IMG/VR virus record: IMGVR_UViG_3300034123_000008
Coordinates: 1 to 37,395 of that record
Length of the DNA: 37,395 bases
From: a virus
Lineage: Duplodnaviria; Caudoviricetes
Strand: one strand, 5' to 3'
Under the pieces are notes generated by a model. It was not told where the DNA came from. It ran no database searches and saw nothing but the letters and a program-made list of their open reading frames with translations. Positions 34,851 through 37,395 of the stretch are shown here, in pieces; position 1 is the first letter of the stretch, and each line of letters opens with the position of its first letter. A program made the position numbers and the translations under genes.

Positions 34851-35966
34851 TCAAGGCACTTCCGTCACAGCAATTTGACACACAACACCAGCGCCATTAC
34901 GGAAATAAAGTTTGTCGCCTGTAGTATCATACACAAATCCTTGCTGCGTCAACCATTGAAAATCTCCGCCTGCAGGAGCACCTGCTTTTTCAGCTACAGG
35001 AATAAGCCCTAAAGGTGTTTCAGAATCTAAAAGCGTCATTCGTCCACCACTGCCAAAACTGTAGTGACTTCCCGTAACATCCGTGAATGTTGGATTAATG
35101 CAAGTGCCACGGTAGAAAAAGTTAGGTGCAACTAACCCATTATCGCTGCTTTCCATTTGGCACTTGTTAATTGTCCACTTATCATTCTCTAGATATAAGC
35201 AGTTTTCAAAACTGTTCAGGGTCACGTGGCTAACGTATAAGTCAAAGGGGGATGTTGCTACTTGTCTTATGCCGTAGGTGCCTGCTCCATCTGATCCGTT
35301 TGTACCGTTAATTTGTCCTCCGTGAATGCCTAATTGAAAAGTGTTGGCGCCCATGTATACACCATGTTTACATGCGTATGCTTGAATGTGGTAGATGTCA
35401 AAGTGGCATGTTTCTGTGCCTGCGTTTTCTGTGTATCCGATTGCGTAACCATTGGGAATGCTGAATAAGCGGGGATTATAGATTGCAATGTCTTGAGCAT
35501 CTTCCGCTAAAATACCGTATGTACAATTATTGTTTGATGTAGAGGCGATTGATGGATCATAAATGCGTACTCCTGTGATATAGTTGCCTGAATCTGCAAC
35601 TGTTTTAATTGCTGGTCCTGAACCAGTAAACTTTAATCTGTCGGCTATGCTTCCTCTTAAGAAATGTAGTTGTTGCCCATGCTTCTTAATCGTGATTGTT
35701 GTAGCATAGCTTGATTCACCTGTTAATAAAAGGTCGATTGGTCGGGTTCCATCATCTAAGGCTGCTTGCAAAGCAGTTAACCAACCCGCCACATTTGTAT
35801 TAATAAAAACTCTACCGTTTACTGCTTTACCTGAAGTGCTTGTTAAATCTGACGCTAACGCTTGCCCAGTGGTATCGGTTTGACTAACATAATCAGCTTG
35901 CAACGCATTACCAAAAACAGTGCTACTAATTGGCGTTCCAGTTGTAACTTGACTAATACGCGCCAT
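34851..35966 (-). CDS. Pectate-lyase-like right-handed beta-helix spike protein
   Basis: 371 aa; TALQAALD, LKFTGSGPAI, repeated beta-helix rungs. Confidence 0.75.
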   Translation of the reverse strand: MARISQVTTGTPISSTVFGNALQADYVSQTDTTGQALASDLTSTSGKAVNGRVFINTNVAGWLTALQAALDDGTRPIDLLLTGESSYATTITIKKHGQQLHFLRGSIADRLKFTGSGPAIKTVADSGNYITGVRIYDPSIASTSNNNCTYGILAEDAQDIAIYNPRLFSIPNGYAIGYTENAGTETCHFDIYHIQAYACKHGVYMGANTFQLGIHGGQINGTNGSDGAGTYGIRQVATSPFDLYVSHVTLNSFENCLYLENDKWTINKCQMESSDNGLVAPNFFYRGTCINPTFTDVTGSHYSFGSGGRMTLLDSETPLGLIPVAEKAGAPAGGDFQWLTQQGFVYDTTGDKLYFRNGAGVVCQIAVTEVP

Positions 35967-35968
35967 AA

Positions 35969-36232
35969 TTATTTCTCTCCAAGTTTCTTATCGATAGTTT
36001 TCTGCATAACTTTAAACAACTCTGTATTTTTAGACAATAAATCCTGTAGTGGCAACTTTGACATTGGAATAGACGCTTCAACTTCAACTGTTTGCGGTTC
36101 TTTAGTTTGTGCAACTAAAAATTGTTGCCTTAACCTGTTGCGCCGCGTCCGTTGATGTTGACTTGAACCTGAAGTGGGCAAATCACTATCCCAGATGGCT
36201 TGATCCCAAACACCAACATCCCAACCAGACAT
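35969..36232 (-). CDS. Small virion-type protein with WD-x3-WD-x3-WD N-terminus
   Basis: MSGWDVGVWDQAIWD, basic patch, C-terminal helix. Confidence 0.65.
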   Translation of the reverse strand: MSGWDVGVWDQAIWDSDLPTSGSSQHQRTRRNRLRQQFLVAQTKEPQTVEVEASIPMSKLPLQDLLSKNTELFKVMQKTIDKKLGEK

Positions 36233-36408
36233 TAACGTAACCCTTCAAGTTTGCTGATAATTAGTTTAGTAAGCTGCAACTCTAAATCTTCTAGTTCATT
36301 GATTGCTGCTTCAGCAAACACTGGGGTTTCTTTAGGTTTTGGCTGCTCTATTTTCCAAGTGCCACTTTTAACTTTATTTAGGTAATCAAGTTTTGAAGCA
36401 TCACTCAT
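36232..36408 (-). CDS. Small hypothetical protein
   Basis: GGTGA RBS before MSDASKLDYLNK. Confidence 0.6.
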   Translation of the reverse strand: MSDASKLDYLNKVKSGTWKIEQPKPKETPVFAEAAINELEDLELQLTKLIISKLEGLR

Positions 36409-36413
36409 ACAAT

Positions 36414-36773
36414 TCACCATCTTGGATAGTTCGCAAGAAATTCACATATGTTTGCGAGTAAATGATTATTAATTATTTTGAGTTTAAACGCTAATCGGTC
36501 AAGCGCCACAATACACGCACACCTTAAAGCTGTTAAATGCCCTTTGCGGTCAATCATCAAGTAACGCGGAAGCATCACCGTAAACGTGAATGATGGGTCA
36601 CTTTCACAATACGCTGTTGCAGGAAGTTTAGTCATGCTGAGGTAGCCGTAAGTTATCCATGTCTTCAAATTTAAGTTGCGTCTTTGCCTACACCATAAAC
36701 ATGTGATGTGAAACCGATGAATCTTCCTTGTCTTATCCATAAAGGAACGACAAACTGGAGCACAATTTAACAT
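36414..36773 (-). CDS. Hypothetical protein
   Basis: 119 aa, fills the operon gap. Confidence 0.5.
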   Translation of the reverse strand: MLNCAPVCRSFMDKTRKIHRFHITCLWCRQRRNLNLKTWITYGYLSMTKLPATAYCESDPSFTFTVMLPRYLMIDRKGHLTALRCACIVALDRLAFKLKIINNHLLANICEFLANYPRW

Positions 36774-36775
36774 GT

Positions 36776-37395
36776 TTAAGTCACTTGGAAACAGAAATCA
36801 GGAAACCTAATCTGAGGACACACATGTTTATGCAAAGCAAACTCTTGCACGGCATCCACAACCCCTTCTTGACCATAGAGATAGTCGTGTCCGCCAATAA
36901 AGCCGCCAACCTTAACTAAATCATAGTAAAGTTCTAGGTCTTCTTGCACGAACTCTTTAGAGTGATTACCGTCAATGTAAACAAAATCAAACACCTTATT
37001 CTTTAAGACTGTTTGAGCTGCTTCTGAGCTGGATAAATTCACGAATCTTACACGTTCATCATGTTTTAACGTGTTAAATCTGCTTTTCCCCTCTTTGGTG
37101 TAAGCGTCAATCACACGGTTGCCCTGCTTGTATGCGTTGCCGATGTAGGGGTCAACACAGAACAGTCGATTAATTGATAATTCTTTGAGTAAGTTCTCAG
37201 CGTTCACGCCGAAACCAAACCCTATTTCGCACCCAACCAACTCTCGAGAGCCGCTATGTTCTTTAACGATCTTTGTAAAAGGACGCGGAACCCCATGACT
37301 ATTCGAAACTGCATCATTCACCCACTTATACACATGAGGACTAAGCGCATGCATAACAGCGAGACTGGTTTTTAATCTGATGTTGCGGGTGCGGT
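36776..37395 (-). CDS. Class I SAM-dependent methyltransferase (Methyltransf_24-like); probably starts at position 46 across the junction
   Basis: EIGFGFG, VDPY, DFVYIDGNH, GGHDY; frame stays open through the right repeat copy. Confidence 0.85.
   Translation of the reverse strand, partial: RTRNIRLKTSLAVMHALSPHVYKWVNDAVSNSHGVPRPFTKIVKEHSGSRELVGCEIGFGFGVNAENLLKELSINRLFCVDPYIGNAYKQGNRVIDAYTKEGKSRFNTLKHDERVRFVNLSSSEAAQTVLKNKVFDFVYIDGNHSKEFVQEDLELYYDLVKVGGFIGGHDYLYGQEGVVDAVQEFALHKHVCPQIRFPDFCFQVT
37363..37395. repeat. Terminal direct repeat, right copy
   Basis: Matches 1-33 with one mismatch. Confidence 0.95.

Noticed and set aside
63-36155. Numerous 60-140 aa plus-strand ORFs opposite the structural genes (e.g. 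63..323, 2399..2656, 13768..14064, 25434..25820, 32209..32616)
   Set aside because: Antisense shadows of well-supported genes, with no RBS or motifs.
1-37395. CRISPR array, tRNA genes, diversity-generating retroelement, integrase/att site
   Set aside because: No regularly spaced repeats, cloverleaf, reverse transcriptase or recombinase motifs were seen by eye.

Overview
Apparently complete ~37.36 kb circular or circularly permuted genome of a head-tail (HK97-fold) virus. A 33-bp terminal overlap (1 mismatch) closes it, and a gene reads through the junction. The host is most likely an archaeon (GAGGTGA ribosome-binding sites, TATA boxes, oligo-T terminators, RHH and Zn-finger proteins). Bathyarchaeia is a guess only. 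One long minus-strand late region wraps the origin: TerS, TerL, portal, gpF-like protein, DUF2213-type maturation protein, scaffold, decoration protein, major capsid protein, SAM methyltransferase, spikes/adhesins, adaptor, stopper, a very reduced tail and a hub. A plus-strand early block (17.97-23.99 kb) carries RHH/wHTH regulators, many Cys-rich micro-ORFs, a C5 DNA methyltransferase and a radical SAM protein. No polymerase, primase, helicase, integrase, tRNA or CRISPR array was recognised. Highlights: (1) the capsid protein looks like a Family 1 encapsulin, and the scaffold and a second small protein end in encapsulin cargo-loading-peptide-like motifs (LTVGNLYGK, FTAGDLYGK); (2) a six-gene membrane operon built around a TRAFAC GTPase and a GAP1-N2-like partner; (3) a ~470-nt highly base-paired non-coding region; (4) a tail with no evident tube protein and a 131-aa mini tape measure; (5) a G8 frameshift site and several duplicated gene-start scars. 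All assignments come from motif reading by eye, with no database searches.
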